A stretch of DNA of 63,722 bases, filler included, from Octopus bimaculoides (Eukaryota): the NCBI RefSeq assembly GCF_001194135.2. It is 5 parts of 5 records of this genome, joined end to end, with 100 filler letters (N's around TTAATTAATTAA, not from the genome) between each part and the next. Parts side by side here need not be neighbours in the genome. Positions count along the whole stretch, not along the records: positions 22,410 to 54,232 come from NC_068981.1; 4 more parts are not named here. One strand, given 5' to 3'. A model generated the notes under the pieces. It was not told the origin of the DNA. It searched no databases and saw only the letters and a list, made by a program, of their open reading frames with translations. A program made the position numbers and the translations under genes. Below, piece by piece: positions 22,612 through 35,600 of this stretch. The first letter of the stretch is position 1; each line of letters opens with the position of its first letter.

Positions 22612-24964
22612 TGTGCGTGTGTGGGTGTGTGTGTGCGTGTGTGTGTTTGTGTATGTGTGTGTCTGTCTGTCCGTCTGTTTGTCTGTCTGTGTGTCTGTGT
22701 GTATTGCTATCGAGAGGATCTAAAGGAGGATCAAATGAACGTGGATTCCATTCATTGAACTGCAGATTCTACCGCTGATATCAAGAGTGCTTTAAAATCT
22801 TCCTCTGTCTCCTATTTTTCCCTTTCATCTCAACTCTATTCAGAAGAGTATTGTTTGTATTGTGTTCCTTTCTAATATAACTACTCCTGGAGCAGAGAAT
22901 AACAAATGCTGCTGTCTATATGTACACCCATTCCAACTACAGTTCTGGTTGTCTGACAAGTAGCACAGATTCTGTTACTTTTCTGTTGCTCTCATTGTTA
23001 TATAAAATATTATCATTGAAACTCATATTGATAAACATGTTGAATTAGAAACGCATTCATCCATAAACAGTATACTATTTCACCTACATACAATATATAT
23101 GATATGAAATAACAAAGAAAGTTCCAGTTATAAAATATAGCATATGCTGGTACAGTACAGTAAATGCGTTATACTATGTACAATGCCTGTTTGGTAATAG
23201 TACGACATTCTTATTACTAGATGAGGTAATCCTTAGTGTAGTTGCTGTACGTCGTTAAGTGTGAATCGAGAATTTGTGACAAGAATATTTTGATTTTGAT
23301 TTCCAAGTTAATCGATATATTCTACTCTAAGTGAACGTATTCATTTTGAAAGTAGACGGGATTGTAATTAGCAGTGCATTTCAATAAACGTCTAATGCCT
23401 CTAAATATAACTACGATTTGATAACTAAGGCAACGTGAAATTAACTGCCTTAGTGATTTAATAGCAAACTAAATAGCCCTTTTAATTAAGTAGCAATTTA
23501 AATGTAGAACAAGGTAAAGGTTTCCACTTTACGGAAAATGTTAATTTTGTCATAAGGATAAAGTTACGAGATGCAATATACGTCGTTATGGACGTATTAG
23601 TTACTGGTGTCTGTTTTCTTGTACGAAATACATATGCGCTTATTCTCAATACGCTCTATGGCGTTTGTAGTTGAAACACGAGGGAATGTGTAGAAATACA
23701 TTAACAAAAGTAAGTATAAGGTTGAAAATTGCTTTGTTATTTTTCATTAGTTGCTTAAAAGTGTGGTCGTACCTCTGTTAATGAAACTGCCATTTTGATT
23801 TTACCCTGAATTTAAGTTACACTTTACTATTTGAGCAGCAAAGAAGACATTAATATAAACAAAACATTAATATATAAAACATTAATATAAACGGGGCAAT
23901 ATTTATATTTTTCCACTCGTCATTAAATTTCTAGTTTCATTCTAAACTTGCTTTAAAATAATGGTGAAATGCGTGATGGTGTTTGCGTGTTAGTGTCAAC
24001 CGTTGTAGGTCTGTTCAGTTAACGATTTCTGCTAGGACATTGAGGTCCTCACCACTGCTATTTAAGTCATTCCAATACTCTAAGGCATCCAGTCATTTTA
24101 ACATTTACATAATTATATCTGCTCTCGTTTGCTCTATATGTATATCATCGGTTCAATAGAGTGAATGCAATTTCTGAGAATGAATATAGGCAAAACCCCT
24201 GATGTTAACCAACATATACCTTTTCTACATTAATGTCATCCTATTTGCCATACTATAAAACATCACATGTAATTTACTTATATTAGTAGCTTAATAGTCA
24301 AACGAATTTTAACGGTCAGAAAACAATGCTGAAAACAATACCGACTTGTGAAAGAGTTTGATTACAGCGTAAGATTTTTACTTTGCCCACGGCATAAAAA
24401 TCTATTCCACTGTTGAAATATTTCTTTTAGATTTGTCGATGCAGACGATTAATAGTTTCTTGGAAACTTACTATTTTACTGAGTTGTGTAAATATTTTAT
24501 TAGCCTATATTCTATTCTGTTTACAAAAGGGGAAATAAAAGAAAAATAATCAAAGTATACGTTAATGAGAATCGGCAACAAAACTGATTACAAAGATAAC
24601 AATAATTGTATTGAGGATAAGGATAATAGTATTAATAATGAAATTAATAGATATGTATATCTTTATTTCAACGACTTTTAAAACCAACATAAATTACATA
24701 TGATTAGTTAATGAAGCTATATATCAGTACAAGACAAGCTAATAATCAAAAATGTTCATCTTGAATATATTCCCAAGGAGGTCCATAAAAATATAAAACA
24801 CAAACAGAGACACAGAAACACACACGTAAACGTACAGATATAAGGAAACACTACGCGTAACAGACAAAAGAAGCTATGATACACGTAAACACACTATTCC
24901 TTATAATGACTTTTAAGACATTACACCAACATGATATAAAACAACTATATACATACACACATAA

Positions 24965-25150
24965 CCTCGTGGGCATCGGTGCCATTTTTCTCTTCCTCCG
25001 TTTTTCCATTCTTTGAACTTTCCGTCTTTCCGCCGAAGGGCTCCGCCCGCAACGTCATGCTCTCTCTCATTCCTTTCCCGACCGTCCAATAACACTATCC
25101 GTATCACGTCCTCACTTTTTAGTTCTTGTTTTTTTTGTGTTTCTTTTGAA
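24965..25150 (+). repeat. Repeat family H1 with a degenerate hammerhead-like motif
   Basis: CCGCCGA-A-GGGC-tcc-GCCC-GCAA-CGTC at 25030-25056. Downstream CCGTCCAATAACACT..CACGTCCTCAC is shared with 30760-30920 and 54350-54440. Confidence 0.65.
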
Positions 25151-25154
25151 ACTA

Positions 25155-25202
<48 letters not shown>

Positions 25203-27774
25203 TGTTTGTCACGATCCGGGAAAATAAGTTCTGGGAGCGATTACTTCGACTAAAAGCTTCAATACAGTGCTCCATCAGTCTAATGAATGAAATAAGTATA
25301 TCATAATGATGTACATGCATATATATATATACATATATATACATATACGGATACACACATATTCTTCCACACGTTTCATAGTCATTTGACTGGGGCTATG
25401 CTGGAGTACTGCCTTAAAGCATTTTAGTGGAATAAATCGACTGCAGACGTACACGGTTTTCAATCATTGATGGGGGGAATAAACAAAGACACAAACATGC
25501 GCACACATAAATATATACATTTATATATATATATATATATACATGCATATATGCATACACACATATATATAGAGCGAGTGGTATCATTTACCCTCTTGTA
25601 TCTAATTTTGCCTTATATTGTACCTGTAATGGTGTGAACTTGCTGACCATTTTAATAACGGTAATAATACGTCTTTATTTTAAATTTATTCTTACAATAG
25701 TTTTCTTTTAAAAGGAGCTGGACGTTTAAAGTATGGAAAGCACATGAGCTAATGTAGTGAACATTTTAGAAATAGGTGTTACAATGAAGATCCCAGAGTG
25801 TGTTGGTCATAGAGAGGGTGAAATCAATTTGTATTGAAATATACGACTTACCGATGTATTTAACGCAAAGGTGAGCCTATTTGTCATATGTTCATTGCAT
25901 TGCACGTGTTTATCTTTATTGTGGGTTTAGAGAGGTTTTGAACGTTGGCTCTGATTTTAGTAAGTGGCATCGTATACACTACTGTATATATATTATATAT
26001 ATAAAACCAAGGAAGAAACAATTTCTTTCAAAGGGATGGTAAACACCTGATTTTTCTTACTGGAACTTCAGTTGAATTCTATAAATTAAGTAGTATAATT
26101 ACAGTTAGAAATATTTAAAAAATAGAGGAATACAATTGACATATTAAAAATTTATTAACATTATAATATAATATAATCATACTATAATAAAATGAAATAT
26201 AAGATAATATAACAAATAACTAACACAAATATATGTCCGACAATCTATTTTGACTCATATCTACTATTGAATTTATAAAATTCACATTTATGCATACAAC
26301 TCTCCTAAGGGTAATATTTGTTCAAACACCAGACAATCATTTCATGCAAGGACTGCAAAATCATAAAATAGACTGATTTGAGATATACCTATGTTTACAA
26401 GCGTGAGCATTAATAATTCAAAGCCATAATAATATAATAACAGCTAAAACAAAATTCAAATAGATAAAATAATCGAAGTAGACAAAACAATTACAATAAT
26501 CATGAAATGTTCTTATGCATTTTTGATAATATCAAGCTAAAGATATTTTAATCTAAAGTAAATACTGCCTATTTTATTATATAATAAGATTTATATCATA
26601 TGTTAAGAATTTATGGTGGAGTAGAAATATATTTTATCTATGAAAAAAATGTGTATATTTTATTTAAACACTAAATTCATGAAAACAATTTTAATCAACA
26701 ATTCATTCATTCAAAAGTTTCTACTAAATACACTGATGTTAAACAAATGTATACGGTTACGATTATTATAAAATATACTATTTCTTACATAGAAATGCTA
26801 ATAATTTATAAATAAATAAATATCAGAATTTTACTTAGTTTTACAGAAGGAAATATATTTAGACTAAGCCAATAGTTTTATTATTTTATAATTTTTATGT
26901 GTATACAAGTTCGAAAGAACATAATATGATGATATATACTAAATATTATAGGGTCTTAATGACATATTCATATATGCATAATTATTCAAAAATATATATA
27001 ATCATATATAATAATTATTGTAATCTACTTATGCGGACTAATTTAAACATTATTCTTAGTAAATAACAAGTAAAAACACAAATTTACCTAGTTTACCAGA
27101 GGCAAATACCACTGTAAATCAATGTCTATATATCTAAACATTCATTGCTGATGACAAAAATAATCGGAAATATGTACTTATAATAGAAATGCTTTCAATT
27201 ACGATAGGGCCTGTAATAAAAGTATTTATATAGTATCACTATTAAATTCAATTTATATAAAACTGATAACATAATTTAAACTTATATCTTAATTTAGCTG
27301 CGAATATAGTGATATAGTTTACACTTAATAAAAATATATTATGGTTCTTAATATTAAATTCATAAATTAATCCACTGAACTATTATACACAACCCCATTA
27401 ATATACTAATCTAAACTTACAAACCTTTCAGTTTAAATTAAAGAAAAAAAACTTCCAGATCATTCAGTATAATAACAAAATTTGGACTCAAATACAATTA
27501 CGTTAAATAATGTCGTCACATAAGGTTTGGGAAAATATTACAAGGAAATATATTTTTTAATTTTTGAATTAACAAAATTAGTATAACTTCATTTATTCAT
27601 AAATTCAGTAAGTGTGTATGTATGTTCCTCTCCATTATGCTCCACTTTGATAATTATGATCATTTACACCCAGATAATTATGATCATGACCACCCAGAAT
27701 ATAACGACCATTTAAATTTTAAACAAATTTAAATGCTAAAAATATATATAAAATAATTATGTGTACATTTTTTT

Positions 27775-27915
27775 GCATGTTTTTAATTCTTCTTCTAGTT
27801 CAAACCACTTTACAACTCCACTACGGTTGCAATGTCTGCTTTCAGCTGCTCTTCTTATTTCCTCTTTATCATTTTCTCAGTTGGTGATGGACCAAAGTAC
27901 CTAGCAGCTGCCTTT
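27775..27915 (-). mobile_element. Pogo-family transposase remnant (Brinker-like DBD to CENP-B HTH junction)
   Basis: AAARYFGPSPTEKMIKRK*EEQLK..(frameshift)VKWFELEEELK matches the POGK-like pogo pattern AA.RHFGPPPTEKMIR.W..KWPELE..LK.W. Confidence 0.75.
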
Positions 27916-28250
27916 TTGGGGTTTTTTTAACAATGATTTTGGACTATGTATGAAATTTACTTCTAAACTTACTGGTACTTTATCGGTACCCCAACTCTTG
28001 CCCTATCTTACTTCTGCTGTATATACATTTTTTAATATTCTGGGCAAGAGAATTGCTACATAGGAAGTGAAACTCGTATTCCTGGAAGTGATGATTTTTG
28101 TTACTGCGACAGGGCACAATATGAAAAACACGGGAAAAAAGTCTGAAAGAGCCAAACACAATAAGAAGGAGGCGCTGTTATAAATGGGAAGCCTCCGATA
28201 CATCATCTGATCTGATCATTGCAAATGACTACCAGGACATTAAGCTGCCT

Positions 28251-28264
28251 GTTTCCATAGTAAC
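28251..28264. promoter_or_regulatory. RFX X-box consensus match
   Basis: GTTTCCATAGTAAC fits GTYNCY-AT-RGNAAC. Function unproven. Confidence 0.35.
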
Positions 28265-30489
28265 ACGCGCACAGCTGTTCTGGAGCTGCTTACCCACCTG
28301 ATATTTGTTTTGCTTATTGAATGCTTAAAAACACAGGTGTTCGTGAGATGAGCTAAAAATGATAGCTAAGTAAGCCATAAACATGCACCAATTTTTGTTT
28401 TGTCTTTTTCATAATCAAACGATTTCCGGTGTGTAGAATACAAATTCACAAGAAATATTCGGAAAATTCCAATAAATAAACAAATTATGGGTGCGTAAAG
28501 CAGAATTCCACCAATATTTAATTTGTCTACTGTTGACAACACGTGGAGTAACGCACAAAATTACAGCTTCCAAATCCTGTTTTATGACTGGGTTAAAAAT
28601 GATCAACCATTAAATCTTCATAACTAAAAAAAGAAAATATATTTCCGTAAAAGTAAATTCGTCCCTGAGATTCAGACTGGAATATTATACCAGTACATAT
28701 GTTAATAAAATGTTTCACTAAATCTAGAAATTTCCGCAGGTGCAGTGGAAAAGAAATGATCCTGCCGATATCTTCTGCGTGTGTAGATATGTACAATCTT
28801 ATTTAACATGATCGTGAACATTCGGAAAGGCAAAGATAATACATTGCATATAGTCTCAAGAAAAATTCTTATAGTTTGGATGTAAACACACTACGTTATT
28901 GTGAATAACATTACCACATCGTAGGATACATTCATATATGTGTTACAATTTATCACCTATGAATATTAAGCCGTCGATCATAGACGCTAAGATCCGGACC
29001 GTCATGTTATTATTAGGAAGTTGCTTGGTAGTATATAAAATTCTTGGTATTGCCGATACATTCCCCATCACAACTGGTGTTCAATTCAAGAATATTTCGT
29101 GAACTAATATCACAGACTATCTATTTTCAAAAGATATATACCTTGAGTCAATGATAGTTTATTTTAATTTTTATTTTATTTCCTACTTCAAAACTTACAT
29201 ACGCTACGAAAATGTATGTCTTATTTGCAAGTGTAACAGTTTACAGGTATATATTGTTTTCGGTTCTACTAATATAAATCAACTGTCTATTGTTCTTAAC
29301 CCTTGCCATGTGATATCGAATCGATAACACTGATATGGTTTGCGACAACACACTTAAGTTCGAGTTGTTATTCCATATTTACTGAACATGAAATATGCTG
29401 GTGATATAAAGAATCCGAAAACTGACCAGCTTACAAAACTTGACATTTTAAGAAACTTATGTCCTGATTCTGGTGGAGATAGGAAAATTATGTGAATTCA
29501 TGTTTTGGGTAGTTAATAATAAGCCTGAAAATAGCCTTCAAATCTAGCTGACAATTCTTCGTGTATTTGCTCTCTAATGAGATTACTTTCACACATTGTC
29601 CGCCCTTCCGCTACCAACTAAATTTACATCTTGACATTTTACAGAAGCACTATCAGTATCAGGTTTCCATTTTGTGACAGAAGTTCTTATAATAACTTTG
29701 AGTACTTCCTAAGTGTTTGGAAGAAGATAATTAGAGCTACTTTCGAAGTATATAGGCTACTGTTACCACTAAGAACATCCCAACCAAGTTATACTTGTCG
29801 TCAAAACATGTATGCAACTAATTTATATTTGTGTCACCTTCACCTACTTCCATATAGCAAGATAGCACAATCATTTAATATGCACGGACGCACACACATA
29901 TACATACACTCACTTCGGTTGGCATGGCAGTACACTGGAAAGTTCTGTAAATATAGTTACCGTCAGAACGTTAATGAATCATCTATTTACGTTTACGTAA
30001 CTGTAATTTATTCACATCCAAAACGTTTTATTCAAAAATTTTTGTACAGTATCTATAACAATGATCAACATATACCAGCAACTACACACAGCTCCGCATG
30101 CAATTATGCATCCTCGTCGCTGCAATTTCATCAAGGATTCATTACTTACGGCGTTTTCAAAGTGAAGTAATTCAAACAAGATTCAGTTGAACGTTATAAC
30201 ATTACTTTTTAAATCGAATTTTAATCACCTCTCCTAGTATTAAAGTTGAATCGTGATTTATAAAATGTTCATTCATATTGCAGGCAATTGTAGCAGTTTC
30301 GTTTACCTTTTACTGTATAAAGTGCATTATCTGTTCAGAGGTAATTCACTTATGTTTGGGTATATACTCTCAATTAATATTATTATTGTCATTATTACTA
30401 AAATTATTTTAGTAATATTCGCAAAAATATGATTATCACAATCATTATATTAACCAGTATAATTACTATCGATGGCAATTTATGTTTCT

Positions 30490-30725
30490 TTAAATTGTTT
30501 AAACGTATATTTAATCCAATATCGGCATCTCATAGCATGTTCGTGTCTAGTGTTTATAATAGTATATTTAGAAAAGAGAATTTGGTACATTACCTGCACA
30601 CAAAAGTTACATTTATTATCGCCTATGCTACCAGGTTTTGCTTTACTAATAATATCCCACGCAATAGAAAATAATTTGTAACTATCATTAACTGTCCAAA
30701 TTAGCTTACTAATGCTGGTACACAC
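30490..30725 (-). mobile_element. Penelope-like element C-terminal remnant
   Basis: TSISKLIWTVNDSYKLFSIAWDIISKAKPGSIGDNKCNFCVQVMYQILFSKYTIINTRHEHAMRCRY resembles T.LSK.IW.LK..I.W.I..KA..Y..KCNLC..EK..I..LN.R.E..KCRH. Confidence 0.8.
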
Positions 30726-30759
30726 ACGCATATAAAAGTATTCACGTCAGTAATGTAAC

Positions 30760-30920
30760 CATACGTGTCCCATTGATGATAACCTCTCCTCCTCCTTCTT
30801 CGGATTCTCCTCTTCTCCTTTTCGACGAAGAGCTTTGCTCGAAACGTTAAATTCTCTCCTTGAACCGAGCGGCAAACTAATATGCTTCTTGTGCACGTCC
30901 TCACATTCGTTGTTTTTCAC
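30760..30920 (+). ncRNA. Repeat family H1 with the best-preserved minimal hammerhead-like motif
   Basis: C[T]GACGA-A-GAGC-ttt-GCTC-GAAA-CGTT at 30823-30848; ACGT palindromic stem III. Confidence 0.6.
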
Positions 30921-32191
30921 TTATTCGTTTTCTATCCGCTTATTTGAATTGACTATATATATATATATATGCATATAGTGAGAATTTACAAAAAAATCAA
31001 AAGACGAAGAGGGGTGNNNNNNNNNNNNNNNNNNNNNNNNNNNNNNNNNNNNNNNNNNNNNNNNNNNNNNNNNNNNNNNNNNNNNNNNNNNNNNNNNNNN
31101 NNNNNNNNNNNNNNNNNNNNNNNNNNNNNNNNNNNNNNNNNNNNNNNNNNNNNNNNNNNNNNNNNNNNNNNNNNNNNNNNNNNNNNNNNNNNNNNNNNNN
31201 NNNNNNNNNNNNNNNNNNNNNNNNNNNNNNNNNNNATATATTGGTGTGTGTGTGTGTGTTTGTGTGTGCGTGTGTGTGTGTGTGTGTGTATAAGTTGTTA
31301 ACAGGGTGTACATGAATTAATAGATCCATATGTTATAAGACGATGGATTTGTTACAAACAAAATGGCTCGGGACATTATGCATTACAATACGTGTATTTG
31401 TAGATTAGTAACTTTTTTCCCGTAGAAACATTACAGATATAATATTCATACATGTCTGTACATAAAGCAAAACATTTTTTCATGCATAGACGGGACCTAA
31501 GAGGTAATACTGGCAAATTAGTGATAATAAGCTGCTACCTAATGTAATTTTATCTAAAACGTCAGTTGCTATATTCTTATGAGGTTAAACAGGAAAATGT
31601 CAACAGGTTAATAGAACTTAAAGTGTTTGCTTGACTGTTATTGAATTGAGTCAAGATGGTGCAAAACAGGGTACATCACCTCATCGCAGTGACAGGAATA
31701 GATTTAAAGTTAATTAGGAGTCAGAATGGTGTAAGTGGATGAGGTTGTGGCTGTTGTTTTTGTTGTATTTGTGGTGGCGGTTAAGGGAGTTAGTGGTGAG
31801 AGAGATCTAGATCAGCGCTTGTCAAGTAGACGTATGTTATCCATGTAGTCGGGCAAGTTACAGGCTGTCTATGATTTTTAAAAATAATGTTATCTCATTC
31901 TGCAAATTTTCTTAACTTACAGTTTTACTGCTTCAGTTGGAATGCAATAGTGAATCGTAAAGACTACAGTGATGCTAAAACGGTCAGAATACATTGTCTC
32001 TGCAATCTTGTGTTTTCTTGACGCTTGTAGATCGGGTAGTTTCTAAGAAAGACAAGGGAAATAGTCTCGGGCACTTCACGATATGCATATTTCCATGTTC
32101 TAAATATCCCATAGATGTTATAGCTGTGTTTGTATTTGTGATTATTGCATACCGCTGGAAGACAATACGAAAAATGATATCTTTAGTAATA

Positions 32192-32384
32192 GTTTCAAAA
32201 TTTGGTAGAAGACCAGCAAATTTTCAAGTCAATACATCGACCTCCCAGTGTTAGACTAGTACTTATCCACCCTGAAAGTATGAAAGGCAAAATCTATGAA
32301 TTTGAACTCATAGCATAAAGATGGACGAAATGCCGCTAAGTATTTTTTTCTTGTGCTTGGCGTGGCAAAAAATCTGCCAGCTCG
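32192..32384 (-). mobile_element. SINE family A (diverged)
   Basis: Homology to the other family A copies; head points toward 32384. Confidence 0.82.
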
Positions 32385-32432
32385 GGACGAAAAATTTGTA
32401 TTTTATAAAACTGAATTTAATTTTTTTTTTAA

Positions 32433-32647
32433 GGCGGCGAGCTGATAGAATCGATAGCACGCCGGGCAGAAAGCTTGGCGGCAGTTCGTGCAGCTGTAGG
32501 GTATGAGTTCAAATTGTGCAGAGGACGACTTTGCCTTTCATCGTTTTTTGGGTGATTAATTAAGTGCCAGTTGAACACTGGGGTCGATATGATTGACTTT
32601 ACACTCCCTTTGAAATTCCTGGTTTGGGGCTTAAATGTGAAACCAAT
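32433..32647 (+). mobile_element. SINE family A
   Basis: GGCGGCGAGCTG..GAGTTCAAATT..GACTTTGCCTTTCATC..AAGTGCCAGTTGAACACTGGGGTCGAT. Confidence 0.88.
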
Positions 32648-35600
32648 ATTAAACTCCTGACATGCACGAAGTGCGATCGCTAGGCTTTCTGCAAATAATG
32701 GCTGCATCTCAATCAGAACCTCCGCCTCCTTCTACAGGTGCTGCTGCTACTACTATTAACTATTAGCTGGTGTCAAACTTCCTAATCATGAGGTTTGGCG
32801 AGGTGCAGCGCTATGCAAAAATAAACGACAGATGTTTCCAAATAACGCTCAGTTAAGTTAAAACATTTATTTGGTAAAACGATGGTTTGTTGTTGGCACC
32901 TTCACTACACAGATATTTAACAAGTATTTTGGGGAAAATTTTCATTTCATATTTACTTAACGCAATAAAGCTTATGCAATTTCTCAATTCTCCAGTTGAA
33001 CGTAAAGTTCGGATGGGATAAAAAGAGCAAAAATATGTTGGAATTAGCTTAATGGTTATATAATATCTCATCGGAGAAAAATATCTGAAAAAATGCAATG
33101 CAATTAGAAATAGAGTAATTAGTGATGTTATTAGAACGAGCATAAGCAGTATTATAATTGATTTTATTTTATTTTATTCTTTTCTTATTTCAGTTGTGAA
33201 GTTAGTTTTGGCAAATTGAGATGATGCTACTGCTGCTCTTATTGAATGAATGATTCTTGGTTTTAGATTTTTGTACTTTTTTTTAAATAGTACACCAGAG
33301 ATATAATTGATTGCGCTTCTGTATTGGTAACCATAAATTACTTTTGTTTGAGATAAATATTTGATTTCGGGAAGCATTAATGATTTGTATTTGTAATTAT
33401 AATGAAAATGCTTCTTTTTTTCCTTTTTACTCTCCGTTGATATTATAGTCGTGTTGTTATAGTTGTGAGATATAGAGATATTGTACGTTTGTATTGTGGT
33501 TAAAGTAGCTTATCTTGCGCTAATGTTAAGGGAGGGAGAATTTATGTTTCATAAAGTTCCTCATTATAGATATTTTTCTGGCTTTTGCTTTAGATATTTA
33601 GTTTTCTAATTATCTTCTCATTTTTAGTTATTTTATTTTTAGGCAGATTTGAAAGGAAATCTATAAAATATTGTTATCTTCACCTTATGTTTCAGTTAAT
33701 TATTTTTTTATATAGCTTTTTTTTCGTGGCTTTCATTTTCATTTCGGCTCTTTCATCCGCTTCTGCGGTTTGAATATCCTTGATAATACTGTTACTGATA
33801 ATCACTGTCCAGATGAAAGGCTTAGGCATATCAATATTTATTTTATTGCTTTTTCCCCTTTTTAAATTCATCTTTCACGTTTGAATTGGTAGTAGATATA
33901 AACAATATCAGCCGCCTAGTCAATACAGACCGGATAAAAGCTAAATGGTTCATCCATAAAAACTCATAAATACAGAGCTGAAGGAACATGATGCAAAGAT
34001 AATCGAAAAATATTCTAATCAACCATCTATGATAAGAAGGCTGAAATGGAAAAAAAAGTTGATTTAGCTCTTAGATCCGTGTTAGCTTTCAGCTTTTGAC
34101 TATCTCTTAGGTTTTGGTTTTCATTTACACAACACACGCTCTCATATGGATAATGTAGTTTACACATTTGTCATATTCTGGTTCTCTGCTTTCATTTTTA
34201 TTTTACATAAAAATATTTCCTAATATATATATTGTGTTCATTATATTTCTTTTGCATTCCCAAGGAATGATATTTCTTGAAATATTATTTGTTTTTATGG
34301 TGTACTATTTCATGATATTCTACGCAAAATTTAGGTTAATATACCACGAAAGAAAGTACAGCAATTCATAGTTTCATGATATGTGCAAGTGTAAAATAAT
34401 ATCACTCTGAACTTCTAGGTAGCTATTTTTTTTTATCTATACGAAAATCAAGCCTGTACTATTACAGGCATTCAAATAAGTACACATGTGATCTAAATTT
34501 TTAAATGCTTAAAAAGCCTGCATTATCTATGAGCGACGAAGATACATTCAAAATAGTATGTCTTGCACTTTCTTTCTCTCTCTCTCTCTCTCTCGCTCAC
34601 ACACATATAATCGTCACTAAATATGACTAGGGTATTAGGAACAGCTATATTGCTAGAAATAAAAGTTAAATACTCTAATGCTGTAGTCAAAGCACATCAT
34701 TGTATACATATATAAGAAAACACTGATCGAAAATTCCCTATACCGCCCGGTTAGTTTCTGCAATTTCTGTTGCTTCATCATAAGGAGAGCTCGATTTCAA
34801 GTGATTCCGGATTTAATTCTCTGTGTGTATATATGTTTTCACTATAAAAATCTATAGTTAGTTCAGCGAATCGCTAATGTATACAGTGGTATGAATTACT
34901 GAACCATATTACAAACAATGGAAGAACAGCAAAATGCATGGAGTTATTACTCAATCAATCAATCAAACAAACAAACAATCAATCAATTAATCAATCAGGC
35001 GTTTGTGAGGAATATAACGCTGCCGTTCGTAGTTTCATCAGTACAATATCTTCTTCACTGCAGATCACTTCAGTGACAAGGGAGTTTCATTCACGAGGCT
35101 GTGATACAGATAAAGGTGTCAGTGCATCTAAACACTTGTTATTTCGTATCAGGTTTTATGTTGCGTCACATCCTAACGAGGAATTCCTCGTTCACATGCA
35201 ATACACAAATGAAAATGTACGACACATAGGGTATTGGTCACAGTAGATATGCTCACTGAACGTATCATCTGAGTGTGGTAAGTTATTTTGATTTCTGCTG
35301 CTTGAGAAACTTGGCGAACAGAACATTAACTGCTTCGTTGGTTTGGAGAAAGCAACTTCTACAAATGCAGTCAGGTAGTTCTTTGGAGCTAACAACGCTT
35401 GTTGATCATGAAAAATGTATTTGAATGAAATTAGGCATGTTTCTGAAGTATGAATATACTTGATAAACAAACGCATACATATATAAAGACATAAACTTCC
35501 ACACACACACAAACTTACGCACACACACAAACTTACACACACACACACACAAACTTACACACACACACACACACACACACAAATGTACACGCAAACACAT

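Noticed and set aside
24050-24250. Possible minus-strand CR1-like RT remnant (TSGV..TDD)
   Set aside because: Motif spacing is too short and the similarity too weak.
25770-25870. Exon candidate ending in AAG|GTGAGC
   Set aside because: Stops in all three frames and a weak acceptor; at best non-coding.
27795-27825. GVVKWF, resembling the cold-shock domain start
   Set aside because: The context (KWFELEEELK after TEKMIKR) fits a pogo transposase HTH, and no RNP-1 motif follows.
31994-32254. ORF with a TM-like segment VIAVFVFVIIAY after an acceptor
   Set aside because: It runs into a SINE and has no recognisable homology.
35175-35192. Perfect 18-bp palindrome AACGAGGAATTCCTCGTT
   Set aside because: One such palindrome is not far from chance expectation in a window this size, and there is no supporting context.
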